Part shown: positions 29,442 to 39,217 of the stretch, in pieces
Position numbering within the stretch: position 1 is the first letter of the stretch
How the letters are laid out: the number at the start of each line of letters is the position of its first letter
NCBI GenBank assembly: GCA_040384865.1
Contig: JAZKIM010000004.1
Span: 75,974-139,973 of the forward strand
Source: Patescibacteria group bacterium
Lineage (GTDB): Bacteria; Patescibacteriota; Minisyncoccia; Phycocordibacterales; CAIZLB01
Length of the DNA stretch: 64,000 nt
Direction of reading: 5' to 3'
Notes under the pieces: generated by a model
Database searches by the model: none
Seen by the model: only the letters and a program-made list of their open reading frames with translations
What the model was told of the DNA's origin: nothing
Made by a program: the position numbers and the translations under genes

Positions 29442-29822
29442 TTAAACTTTGAGTGCGGCCTGATCGAGTAGATTGATGAGCGCACTTCTCGCAAAGCCCC
29501 ATGTAGAGGCTAGTTCGTCGAAGTGGTACACGATTCTGTTTCCACGAGGATCAAAGTGTCCATCGGGGCAGCTTCGCAGGTCATCCATTGATTGCTCTGC
29601 GCGGAGTCCAAAGTAATCCCAACCTTTGAATGTTTGCAGCAGGGCAACCTTGAATTTACCGCTCAACATCTTGTACATGAGACAGACTGCTTGATAATTT
29701 TTTGCTCGTGGAGAGGGGCAGTCCGTTGTGATATCGAACGCAGCGACGGGAGTGAGATTGACCCACGCCTCATCGTCAAAGAGTTCAATGCGTGCCAATT
29801 TACCGACTCTAATCTTTCTCAT
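29442..29822 (-). CDS. Hypothetical protein
   Basis: Likely start MRKIRVGK at 29822, downstream of TTGTCA-N17-TATCAT. Confidence 0.6.
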   Translation of the reverse strand: MRKIRVGKLARIELFDDEAWVNLTPVAAFDITTDCPSPRAKNYQAVCLMYKMLSGKFKVALLQTFKGWDYFGLRAEQSMDDLRSCPDGHFDPRGNRIVYHFDELASTWGFARSALINLLDQAALKV

Positions 29823-30205
29823 TTGGAATAAATTGTTGTGCTGGATTTCCAGCGGGGTTTGTGTGCTTTGTTTGGCGGTATGATACCGAAAAAGGCTCTG
29901 TTTGACAACTCTTAAAAGTCCTTGTACTTTAAGGTCAGATTTCCGAATCGATAATTCAAAACCAAACCTCAACCGGAACCTTACCAATGAAATATTCCCT
30001 CATCGCGCCACTTATGGTGGCGCTCCTCATTAAGCTGGAAGTCTTGGAAACACTTCCTGACTTTTCGTCCTGGTCTGACCCGACAAAGGTCCGCTGGAGC
30101 GAAGAACAGAACACCTACCTCGACCATTCTTTGGAAGGGGAACACTGGGCGCTTTGCGCAATCTTGTCCAGCGGCAAGCGGATGTCGGAACCGACAAAGG
30201 TTCCG

Positions 30206-31831
30206 ATGAAAAAGTCACTTGCACTGACAATCCGCACCGACCTCTTTTATCGCAAGACCACTTATATTGCGGTAACCATGCTCGGTATGGTGCGTTCGAT
30301 CGAACGCAAACAGTCGCGGCGACTCGTACTCGTGAATGTTGAGCAGATGCTTAACGAACAGGCCGGTGATCTACAGCAATATCGCGTATGGCCACACCTC
30401 GGCCTCATCTTCGTCGGCACAGTTGCCGACGAAGAAGGGTACGAAGTCGTCATCTGGGACGAATACGCTAAAGGCAATGTGCCTTTGGAAAAACTCGTTC
30501 AGGAAGGCGACATCGTCGGCCTCAGTCTCGTTGTCACCGGAATGGATCGCGGTATGATGCTCGCACGCCGGGCCAAAGAACTTGGCGCAGCCTGTGTCAT
30601 CGCCGGGAATGACTCGGCGATCTTCCGTGCTAACCAGGTGATGGCTCAAAATGATCGACCGATCGACGCGGTCTTCACGACAAACAGTCTGACCGCGGTC
30701 AGGCAGTTTCTGCGAGAAATTGGCAGAACGCCGATCGAAGAGCTCGACATCCCAGGTGTTCAGATGACAGCGCGTGGCGAAGTGCGTTCAAACGAACGTG
30801 ATCAACTGCTCATCGAACAAGAAGCTCGAAAGAGCAGCGAGTTCAATAGTGACGACGTGTTCGTTGTGCCGAAGTTGGAGCTCTACCCGCACTGGGAAGA
30901 GCTATGGACTAACTACCGCGCGACCTTCGGTCACAAGCACTCGAACCCGAAGACGGTGAAGAATGCAATTTCTCTCTTTGCCCAAGGGTGTACTCGCACC
31001 CGCGGTAGTGATGTGTGTCTTTACTGCACCATCGCCGGCGTCGCAGATTTGCGTACGCCGTCGGAAGAAATTGTTCGACGCACCATTGAAGCGTACGATA
31101 AGTTCGGTATCGACATGCTCTACAACGCGACAGATAGCGTTTATGAAATGGCGAAAGTCGTGAGTCAGCTCCAGAGGCTCGGTGCTTCGTGGAAGTCGAT
31201 GACGATCTACGGCCGAGCACAAGGTATCGCTCGTGCCCCACACCTCATTGAAGAATGGCAAAAAGTTGCGACGGAGCGACTACTCGTTAACGTCGGAATG
31301 GATTCCGGCAGTGACGAGATTCTTCATAAGGGGATCGTTAAATCTTCGACTGATGTGCTGGGCAGCCGTCTTGCTGAAAACCGAAACGCGGTGAAGTACA
31401 TTCGACAGTCTGGTGCGCATCTGCACTACTCACTCATCTTCGGTTCACCTGGAGAGACACTCGAAACGTGCGAAAGTAGCATCGAGTTTCTCGAATGGAC
31501 GATCGAGGTTCTTGGTAGTCAGCTCGACATCTGCGAGACCGACGTCTTCTGGCTGAACTTCGGTTCGCCGGCAAGCCGGATATTCCGTGAGTATGCGTTC
31601 GCCGTGTACCTTGCGAGTCTCGCGGGGAAGACAATCGAGCGCGATGAGTGGCAGCGGGATTTTGCGCAGTATGCTAACGAACTTGTTGTGCCACAGTCAG
31701 TGGAGGAGTCGTGGTATCGCCACTTCACCAACATCGAGTACGAGACGGCGCAGTTGTTCAATCAGCGTGCGGCCGAGATCATGTCGCGACACACGGGGAG
31801 TATTAGGGGGCGAGCCTTTAGGCCTGCCTAA
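30206..31831 (+). CDS. Cobalamin-binding domain radical SAM protein (ORF is open from 29987)
   Basis: PHLGLIFVGT, IWDE, DIVGLS (B12-binding-like); QGCTRTRGSDVCLYC (Cx8Cx2C); GMDSGSDEIL; IFGSPGETLET. Confidence 0.8.
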   Translation: MKKSLALTIRTDLFYRKTTYIAVTMLGMVRSIERKQSRRLVLVNVEQMLNEQAGDLQQYRVWPHLGLIFVGTVADEEGYEVVIWDEYAKGNVPLEKLVQEGDIVGLSLVVTGMDRGMMLARRAKELGAACVIAGNDSAIFRANQVMAQNDRPIDAVFTTNSLTAVRQFLREIGRTPIEELDIPGVQMTARGEVRSNERDQLLIEQEARKSSEFNSDDVFVVPKLELYPHWEELWTNYRATFGHKHSNPKTVKNAISLFAQGCTRTRGSDVCLYCTIAGVADLRTPSEEIVRRTIEAYDKFGIDMLYNATDSVYEMAKVVSQLQRLGASWKSMTIYGRAQGIARAPHLIEEWQKVATERLLVNVGMDSGSDEILHKGIVKSSTDVLGSRLAENRNAVKYIRQSGAHLHYSLIFGSPGETLETCESSIEFLEWTIEVLGSQLDICETDVFWLNFGSPASRIFREYAFAVYLASLAGKTIERDEWQRDFAQYANELVVPQSVEESWYRHFTNIEYETAQLFNQRAAEIMSRHTGSIRGRAFRPA

Positions 31832-31848
31832 GAGGACAAGCTCCTTAG

Positions 31849-31890
31849 AAAACAGCGGGGCCTTCAACGAAAGTTGGAGGTCCTGTTTTT
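31849..31890 (+). terminator. Terminator after the radical SAM gene
   Basis: GGGGCCTTCAAC-GAAA-GTTGGAGGTCCT followed by a T-tract. Confidence 0.75.
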
Positions 31891-31925
31891 ATATAAAAAC
31901 GCAGCCACCCCTTTCAGGATGGCCG

Positions 31926-32780
31926 CTATGTTTTTTGCCCCTCAGACTTCACAACCCAACGGCTGAGGTAGCCGGTCGCAATGAGTGCGACTATGACCCC
32001 ACCCCACTGAAGTGGTGATAGTTTCTCACCGAGCAGTATTCCCGCGACGATGATCACCGCAAGGGTTTCACCTTGAGCAAGGACGCTTGCCACTTCGACG
32101 GGCAAATTGTCGAAGGCGACGAGATTTGCCAGCCAGTAGAGGAAACCACCGACGAAGGCAAAGGCGATGATCGCCAACCGCAGTTCAGCGTTTTCGTTGA
32201 CTGCCGACCAGGAAGCGTCGAGACTTCCGATGACTCCGATTGTGCCAATGCCGACTGATCCCCAAAAGCATCGATGCATCGAGGATGACTTTGCCCGTAC
32301 GATCAGCTCGTACAGGATACCGTTCGTGGCGGTAGCGAGGAGACTCCAGAGCAATCCGGTCATATTGAAGTTTCCGTTCCAGCGGGCGGCGATGATACCG
32401 CTCAGCATAAGACAGAAACAAATGATCGGCGCAGTGGAAACCTTTTTGCCAAAGATCCAGGCAATGAAGAAGTTCACTGCCGGAGTCGTTGCGATGATGA
32501 TAATCGTTGGTCCCGCGCCCCACTCGCGAATGCCTTTGAATAGGCCGAGTGATGCGAAGGGGACGCAGAGCGCGATCAAGTACGTGTACTTGTCGGTGGT
32601 TGCGACCCGTCCGCGCAGGAGTAGGAACGCGAGAATGGCGGTGAGCCAGCCGCGCATTGCGAGCAACTGTTCGGGTGTTTGTGACTTCAGTACATTGACG
32701 AAAGGAAGGGCAAGCCCCGCTGTTAGCCAAATACCGATGACTCCGAGGAGCCCGAGAGAGACATGGTGTTTGGGGCGCAC
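31926..32780 (-). CDS. EamA/DMT family transporter
   Basis: About 10 TM segments in two repeats; LLGEKLSPLQWGG; SD AAGGAGGT 6 nt before a GTG start. Confidence 0.88.
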   Translation of the reverse strand: MRPKHHVSLGLLGVIGIWLTAGLALPFVNVLKSQTPEQLLAMRGWLTAILAFLLLRGRVATTDKYTYLIALCVPFASLGLFKGIREWGAGPTIIIIATTPAVNFFIAWIFGKKVSTAPIICFCLMLSGIIAARWNGNFNMTGLLWSLLATATNGILYELIVRAKSSSMHRCFWGSVGIGTIGVIGSLDASWSAVNENAELRLAIIAFAFVGGFLYWLANLVAFDNLPVEVASVLAQGETLAVIIVAGILLGEKLSPLQWGGVIVALIATGYLSRWVVKSEGQKT

Positions 32781-32965
32781 GAGAGCACCTCCTTTCTTGT
32801 TAAAATTGTTTTGAGCAAGGTTACGCGAATGCGTGCCTGGGGCTATAGTGCAATAAAATTAAGATTTTGTACAGATGCAAAATATGGAGGTTATTAGACC
32901 AGGTTAGAGCCTCTTTTGATAAGGATTGATTTAATTATATAAATAGTTGATGATATAAAATACTT

Positions 32966-33826
32966 ATGACAAGTCACGAATCTATAAATCGTTTTGATGT
33001 GGGTGATAACGGAGAGATAAGAGAAAGACTCTCTATAATTCAAGAGTCAGTGAGAGAAATTCAAGAAACTTATCCAGAGGTTGTCGGTTTCCTCATGTTT
33101 GGTTCAATGGTAAAAGGTTATGCAACTGAAGAAAGTGATATCGATGGAAGAATCATAATTGATGTAGAGCAGATTCATGATAAAAATTCTAATACAGTGA
33201 CTGTTATAGGGTGGAGGTCATTAAAAAATGATGCCGGTGCCTTATCAGTAAAAGAAAGAGGATTGAGCCCTTCTAGTATTCACGCCCGCTTTGAAGACGC
33301 CACAAAGAAAAGATATGAAGATTTGATAAAAGATAAATTTAAGTTGGGTATATCAAAATTAAGTGATGAACAGGTTAGACACATAGAAGCTTTACCTATA
33401 TCTTTCGAAGCTCTCGATAAAATATTAAAGATTTGGAGAGATAATGTTGCGGAGTTCAAGGCGATAGAGGATGCGGATAAAAAGATCAGGAAAAAGCATA
33501 AAAAAGAAGAACTGTCTGATGAGGATATGGCTTTTTTGATGCGAGAGAAGAGTTTTAAACTTCCAGAAAAAAACATACAGGCTTCAGAATATCTTTCGCA
33601 ACTATTCTTTTTAAGTGTCGGTTCGAGTAATATTCGTCCTTACCGTGCCTATATTATTAAGAAGCTTTTTTCTTACGGAGAAATTGGGAAAGAAATGTGG
33701 ACACATATTATTAGCTATACAGAAATTATGGAAAGAAGGCTGGTGGATGAAGAGAAAAAAGAAGGTGAGGCTCTCAGCGTAAAATATCCCAGAACACTGG
33801 AAGATGCGAAGTATATTTATGGTTAA
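32966..33826 (+). CDS. Pol-beta-superfamily (MNT-like) nucleotidyltransferase domain protein
   Basis: LMFGSMVKGYATEESDIDG (GS...DxD). Confidence 0.78.
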   Translation: MTSHESINRFDVGDNGEIRERLSIIQESVREIQETYPEVVGFLMFGSMVKGYATEESDIDGRIIIDVEQIHDKNSNTVTVIGWRSLKNDAGALSVKERGLSPSSIHARFEDATKKRYEDLIKDKFKLGISKLSDEQVRHIEALPISFEALDKILKIWRDNVAEFKAIEDADKKIRKKHKKEELSDEDMAFLMREKSFKLPEKNIQASEYLSQLFFLSVGSSNIRPYRAYIIKKLFSYGEIGKEMWTHIISYTEIMERRLVDEEKKEGEALSVKYPRTLEDAKYIYG

Positions 33827-34062
33827 TTTTGGACAGGGTGGAAAATTTATCAAACCGATTAATAGAGATATGGGAGTTTATTTAAAGGTGAAATAATACT
33901 TTGGAAGCATCGTCAGTGTCGTAAATGAAAAACCTGTTATATGGATACCTTTAGCGAAAAAGAAGGTATTAAAGGAGGAAAATGGGTGGTAGAGAGGTTA
34001 AAATAACCCTAACTAGTCGGTTTAGAAGTTGAAAGATAATGCGGTATCATATAACCTATAAT

Positions 34063-37000
34063 ATGCCTGAAAGAGTTAAATTGCATAAAGAGAATGTTGA
34101 ACCTGTCGAAGGTCAGCCTATCGGAAAAAATGAGGATGTTATTGTCGATTCTGTAGAAGTAGAATCCTTACGTGAAGCGAAAGTGTTGAAGGAAAAAATT
34201 CACAAGCTCCATATTGAGGCAGAGATGATCAAATTAAATATTGCGAACCTAACTTCTGGATACGAAGGTAAGGGTGATTCAGAAGGAGGAAATGATCAAG
34301 ATCCTGAGATGCCCCAGCAAAAGGCCGAGGATCTTTTGAAAAAGGTAGATGGGCTTTTTGATACAAAAGGTAAAAAGCCAAATACTGATTTAAGTCCAGA
34401 GGATTTTATAAAACAAGCCACAAGTATTCTTCCGCAGTTGGATGTAGCGTATAGCTACTATCTGTTTAAAAAAGAACAACTAGACAAAAGAGAGCAGGTT
34501 TTAGTTTTAGAAATAAAAGAAGCCGAGAAACATATTGTAAATAGAGCCTCGTTTAAAGATAAGGCATTAAACTTTCTTTCTGATAAAAAAGCTAAAAATA
34601 AGTTGGATCAGCTAAGAAAAGAAAAAAATGACGTTGGTCTTGATAGTTTTCATACTTATAACCACAGGAACGCTGTGTATGCAAAAAGAAGATCTTTGAT
34701 AGAGAATACAAGTGAGGTTCTTTCAGGGCAAGTTGCAACGAGCATTCAAAAATTAGCTGTGGAGTATTTTGATTTATTTAATTCCTCTCCAGAAATAACA
34801 GCATTGCAAAAGACAGCAATAATTGAATATGTGCGTTCACAGCTTCAGGAGGATGATCCACACGATGTAATGGATGAAGTTACCAATTCCGCTTCTGATT
34901 TGATTGAAAGCAGGAGATCTTCAAGAGAGGACTTTGTATCTCATAAATTATATAAGACAGGTGATAGAAAAGATTTATCTGGCCCTTTATACTACGCCCT
35001 CATGCGCATTGAAAGCTCTGGCGCTGATAAGTATGTTATTCAAAGGATCGTTGGATTTGATTTTGGAAAAAAAGTTGAGGAAATTTGTGAACCATTAAGA
35101 TGGGCTCGCGTAAGTTCTAGAGAAATAATTAATCAGTGTCGTGATATAAAGCAACTGGATCAAAAAGTAAGGGATTTCCTTTTTTCAATTAGTGGTGATT
35201 TATCCCATCACGATATCCTTAGAATATGGGAGACTGCGAGAGACAATAAAGCTTTTCAAGTAGCTTTTGGCAAAAGTATTCAGGAAATTAATACCGTAAC
35301 TCAAACCTGCCAAATAAATGACAAATTTTCACCTGATCACTTACCAAGAGATCTTTATCATAAATTAGTTTTAAACCTCCCACTCCATCAGTTTAATGCA
35401 GAGCTTGTTAAGGCCGTAAATGAAGGAAGGGTTACTGCAGAGGCTGTAATGAATATGCCAGATGAAATCCCTGATCTTTTGGATAACAGCGAAGGGCTAC
35501 TTGCACAAATGATGAAAGCTCCAGAGATTTTTCTTGCTTCTAAAGAAGCAGCATCATATTCAAGAGATCTGAAATCAAAATATGGAAAAAATACAGGAGC
35601 ATTAAGGGTCGCCATGTCATATCTTAAACCAAACAATACGCTGGAATCTAAAGATGCAATCTTGAAGCTGCCCAAAAAGTATCCTGGACTCATAAACACT
35701 GAAGAGAAAGAAAGTTCGAAGCTTTTGAGTCTTGTTTTTGAAAACCATGAAATATTCTTCCCACCAAGTGAACCCATCGCCCTTGCTAATAGAATAGGAG
35801 GGACGTATGGGATACAGGCGGAGAGAATTCTTAATGGATACATTGAGTGTGCTAAAGCCGGGGTTGTTTCAGGAGAACAAACAGCTATTGTTATAGAATT
35901 TTTAGAAAACTTCAGAGTAATTTCTCCGGCGATATTGAAAGGTTACATTGAAGCTAAAAAGCTTAATCAAGAAGAACTGTATATTGCGGAACTTAAGTCC
36001 GCTGCTGAAAAAATGGTTAGCTCTGAAATAATTTCTGAAGAACAAAGATCCAAAGAATACTACGATGATTTAATTAAGCACGTATATCCTAAAAACTCTG
36101 CAAACTTTGGTGGTTATGAGCAATCCAAGCTTTGTTCTGATAGATCAGCGGATTTAGAAAAATACAAAGTAAAAAAAAGATATGAAATAGACCTTTTTGC
36201 TTCGGGGCGAATCGATATGAAAGAGGGTGAAACTTTAAATGAAGAAAAAGTTGGAAAGGTTAAGAACGACATCCTTGCGATCCAAAGAATTTTTGAATCG
36301 GTTGAATATGACCCTGCGAAAATGATTGAACTAGTTGAGGCGAGAATAAATGAATTGTACGTCGGAGAAAATGCTGAGCTAGGAAGAGAAGAAAAACTCT
36401 TCATAATATTGGCAGAAACACTTTATGGGAATTCATCTTTAGATAGAGATATGGTAAAGCAACTGGTTGTAACTTATGAATTTGCTTTAAATGAGGACGT
36501 AAGAGATTACATAAAGGGAACTAGTGATCGAGTTGCTTCAGCATCAAATAAGGATTATGCCCTGTTGTGTGAATTAAATGAATTTTATAACGACCGAATT
36601 AAGGAGGTTTACAGAAGAATCACGGAAAAAGCGTATGTTTCAGAGCATATACAGCAGGCAATGCCTCGATACTTTGAAATGTTGGTGCAACAAAAAGAGC
36701 AGGGTAGAAGTAAGGAATCTATCGATAAACTTCAGCTTGATAAGCTCGGTATGTCTCCGGGATTTATATCACAAATAAAAAAGGCTTTAAAAAAGAGAAA
36801 TGGAAAGGAATATACAGATGAACAAGTAAAGAAAATTATATCCGCATATGAAAGAGTAGCGGGTGGTTTAACAGGAAAGAAATCGGAGTCCAGGAAATCG
36901 GGAACACAAGCGATTTACGGACAGTTAAAATCTCAAAGGGATAAAACTCGCAACGCTGTTAAAGAATTGACAGGCGAAGAGATTAATCCCGAGGAGCTTT

Positions 37001-37698
37001 TCTTGTCTAACGTTAACTTCGAACAATTACTTCAAAGCGAGAGATCTATATCTAGTGGCGTATATAACCAAGATCAATTTGCAGCGTATACAGTAGAGAA
37101 TTTAATAGGACTTTTTGATGATGAGCAAACTATAATTTCTGGAGAATTGGATAAATTCCAATCTGAGTCTGGAAATTCACGGAAGGTTCTCAATGCTTTT
37201 ATAACTAAGAATAAAGAAAGTGCCAACGCTCGAATGACAGGAGGTGTGTGTGTTGCAGCAGATAATCCTAGCAAGGATAGGAAGGTGGATAATATCTGGG
37301 ATATGGAAAACTATTTCCAAATGGTTTTTCAAGATCCAGAAAGCTTAATGTGTACAGGTCTCGTACTTTTGCATGCCGAAGAGCATAATGGTGAAAATAT
37401 ATTGTGTGCGTCACTCAATCCCTCAAGTACATATCTATACACCGTGGATGAAAGAGCCCTGTTTGAAGGAATTATGAAGTCACTTGAAACATTTGCCAAT
37501 GAAAATAACTTCTCAAAGATTGCTGTTGCGCACAATAAGGCAATTCGAACAAATAGAACGGGAGGGGAATTTGAAAAAGCTTTGGATGCACGAATAGCTG
37601 CGCAGAATGTATCAATCAACTTTGATCCACCAAAAACCTTTTCTTTCAATCCTGCGTATGTAATGACAGGGGTAAATGTTGTTTGGCAGAATAATTAG
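34063..37698 (+). CDS. Large coiled-coil-rich hypothetical protein
   Basis: About 1211-aa ORF; K/E-rich; no confidently recognised domain. Confidence 0.8.
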   Translation: MPERVKLHKENVEPVEGQPIGKNEDVIVDSVEVESLREAKVLKEKIHKLHIEAEMIKLNIANLTSGYEGKGDSEGGNDQDPEMPQQKAEDLLKKVDGLFDTKGKKPNTDLSPEDFIKQATSILPQLDVAYSYYLFKKEQLDKREQVLVLEIKEAEKHIVNRASFKDKALNFLSDKKAKNKLDQLRKEKNDVGLDSFHTYNHRNAVYAKRRSLIENTSEVLSGQVATSIQKLAVEYFDLFNSSPEITALQKTAIIEYVRSQLQEDDPHDVMDEVTNSASDLIESRRSSREDFVSHKLYKTGDRKDLSGPLYYALMRIESSGADKYVIQRIVGFDFGKKVEEICEPLRWARVSSREIINQCRDIKQLDQKVRDFLFSISGDLSHHDILRIWETARDNKAFQVAFGKSIQEINTVTQTCQINDKFSPDHLPRDLYHKLVLNLPLHQFNAELVKAVNEGRVTAEAVMNMPDEIPDLLDNSEGLLAQMMKAPEIFLASKEAASYSRDLKSKYGKNTGALRVAMSYLKPNNTLESKDAILKLPKKYPGLINTEEKESSKLLSLVFENHEIFFPPSEPIALANRIGGTYGIQAERILNGYIECAKAGVVSGEQTAIVIEFLENFRVISPAILKGYIEAKKLNQEELYIAELKSAAEKMVSSEIISEEQRSKEYYDDLIKHVYPKNSANFGGYEQSKLCSDRSADLEKYKVKKRYEIDLFASGRIDMKEGETLNEEKVGKVKNDILAIQRIFESVEYDPAKMIELVEARINELYVGENAELGREEKLFIILAETLYGNSSLDRDMVKQLVVTYEFALNEDVRDYIKGTSDRVASASNKDYALLCELNEFYNDRIKEVYRRITEKAYVSEHIQQAMPRYFEMLVQQKEQGRSKESIDKLQLDKLGMSPGFISQIKKALKKRNGKEYTDEQVKKIISAYERVAGGLTGKKSESRKSGTQAIYGQLKSQRDKTRNAVKELTGEEINPEELFLSNVNFEQLLQSERSISSGVYNQDQFAAYTVENLIGLFDDEQTIISGELDKFQSESGNSRKVLNAFITKNKESANARMTGGVCVAADNPSKDRKVDNIWDMENYFQMVFQDPESLMCTGLVLLHAEEHNGENILCASLNPSSTYLYTVDERALFEGIMKSLETFANENNFSKIAVAHNKAIRTNRTGGEFEKALDARIAAQNVSINFDPPKTFSFNPAYVMTGVNVVWQNN

Positions 37699-37706
37699 AA
37701 CGTAGC

Positions 37707-37906
37707 TTCACTGGGAGCTTCCTTAAAGAGAAGTAGGTTGGCCTAATTAGTTTAGTCGTGCAGTGAAATACAGTAGACCGGCCACGAATTGGAACTACAC
37801 TCGATAGCTACCTGCAAAGGAGTCCCGTCGAGAGATTATCGGTTGCTTAAGCGGCAACCCATCAGAAATCGAGCCTCGGCGACCATGTGTCGTCGGGGCT
37901 CTTTCT
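37707..37906 (+). ncRNA. Candidate structured RNA followed by a terminator
   Basis: Several stems with G-U pairs on the + strand, a GCAA tetraloop, possible pseudoknots and a 13-bp terminal hairpin. Confidence 0.45.
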
Positions 37907-38166
37907 TATATTAGTATTTTGAAATAACAACTTTCCATTCTTTTTGTAGGGGTTTGTATTTTTCTTTGTTGTTTTTTGGTTTTGGAATAACCCCATCTGA
38001 GTTTAAGAATACGTTTTTGTGGACATAGTGAGCGAAACTTGGAACCAACTACACCCTTGGATATTTGAAGCGTCTGAGGCGATTGTAGGGAATGGCAGGT
38101 AAAAGAAAAGCCCCACCGTTGAAGGTCTCGATGGAGAGCTCTTCAGGGTGAGGGTTGTTGTGGTAA

Positions 38167-38655
38167 TTACGGCTCGTAGGTTTCGGAGGCGAGCATGATG
38201 AAGTGCTCATCCGTCGCCGATGATGAGGGTACCTCGGTGAGAGTATACTTCGCCATCGAATCCCAGCCTGTCCTTTCGAGGACGAGCATCGTCGCGCTAT
38301 TGGTAGGGTCAATTCCGCAAATCAGACGGGCAGGAAAGTCGTTCGGAAACGCCCGCGCATTGAATGCGATGAACGAAGCGACTTCGCAAGCGTCTGGCAG
38401 GAACCAGTCAGGGTTGCAGATGCTGCTATCAAGTTCGACCTTCAAATTTGGGAAGCTGGGCTTTCCATACAACTCAACAAAAATGGCATGGATGATGCCG
38501 GAGGTTCTGTCGCTGACGGGATACTTGCCGATGACCTCGGTGTTTCCACTGATGCCACCCTGGATTCTTTGAATGACCCCAGCTGGCGATACACCGCGAT
38601 GCGGGTTGCAACCAAAGACGGTGTAGTCTTCGGGACGGAAATCGACAATTTTCAT
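38167..38655 (-). CDS. Hypothetical protein
   Basis: GC-richer ORF with a TTGACA upstream and a hairpin downstream (about 38105-38158). Confidence 0.6.
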   Translation of the reverse strand: MKIVDFRPEDYTVFGCNPHRGVSPAGVIQRIQGGISGNTEVIGKYPVSDRTSGIIHAIFVELYGKPSFPNLKVELDSSICNPDWFLPDACEVASFIAFNARAFPNDFPARLICGIDPTNSATMLVLERTGWDSMAKYTLTEVPSSSATDEHFIMLASETYEP

Positions 38656-38793
38656 AGTGTTCAAGGTGCATATTCCTTAAGCGAGGAATGGTTTGTGTTT
38701 TTTGGTTTTGGTGAGTGCCTTGCTAAAGGGCTACATAACTGGATTTGCTAATAACCCTACAGGTATGAAAATGGTTGTCAATTTTTTTAATTG

Positions 38794-39209
38794 TGGAGAT
38801 GCCGGGAATCGAACCCGGGTGCAAGTGAGTCTCTTAGATGAATCTACGCGGCGTAGAGGGTCTTTAGACCTGCCCGGAGGCAAGGTCATTTAAAGTTCGT
38901 TACTTTAAGACAATCAAAACATAACGAACCCGAGCTACTATGGTTTCGGTAGACGACCGTAGCAGATCGTTAACCTATTTTGGATATATACCACCGGCGC
39001 ACGTTCTCCAAAAATAAACGTGCGTGATGTCGCTAGGCAGGGAGCTTACGCTCGGGCTGTCGCGAAGGCAAAATCGTTCACCGCAAAATACGGTGAAGCG
39101 ACTTTAGCTTGTCGTGCGTTAGCACTTAAGGGTTCCGGCAGATTTACGAGTTACCGGAGCTCGGTCGCGCACATAAAAGAAATTTCACATGTCGAAGCCA
39201 ATCATCCCC
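38794..39209 (-). ncRNA. ssrA: tmRNA
   Basis: 5' GGGGAUGAUUGGCUUCGAC; 3' CCCGGGUUCGAUUCCCGGCAUCUCCA; tag ORF 39123-39046; adjacent to smpB. Confidence 0.95.
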
Positions 39210-39217
39210 ATGTTGTG

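Noticed and set aside
32167-32814. Long antisense or alternative-frame ORFs over EamA, pilB, recG, the ATPase and others
   Set aside because: Shadow ORFs of well-supported genes, with no motifs of their own.
37780-37840. Minus-strand CTCGACGGGA...TCCAATTC reminiscent of a group I intron core
   Set aside because: No complete P3-P7 core or interrupted host gene is visible, and G-U pairing favours the opposite strand.
27184-38793. A single genomic island integrated at tmRNA
   Set aside because: No duplicated ssrA 3' end and no integrase found; the patchy base composition suggests piecemeal acquisition.
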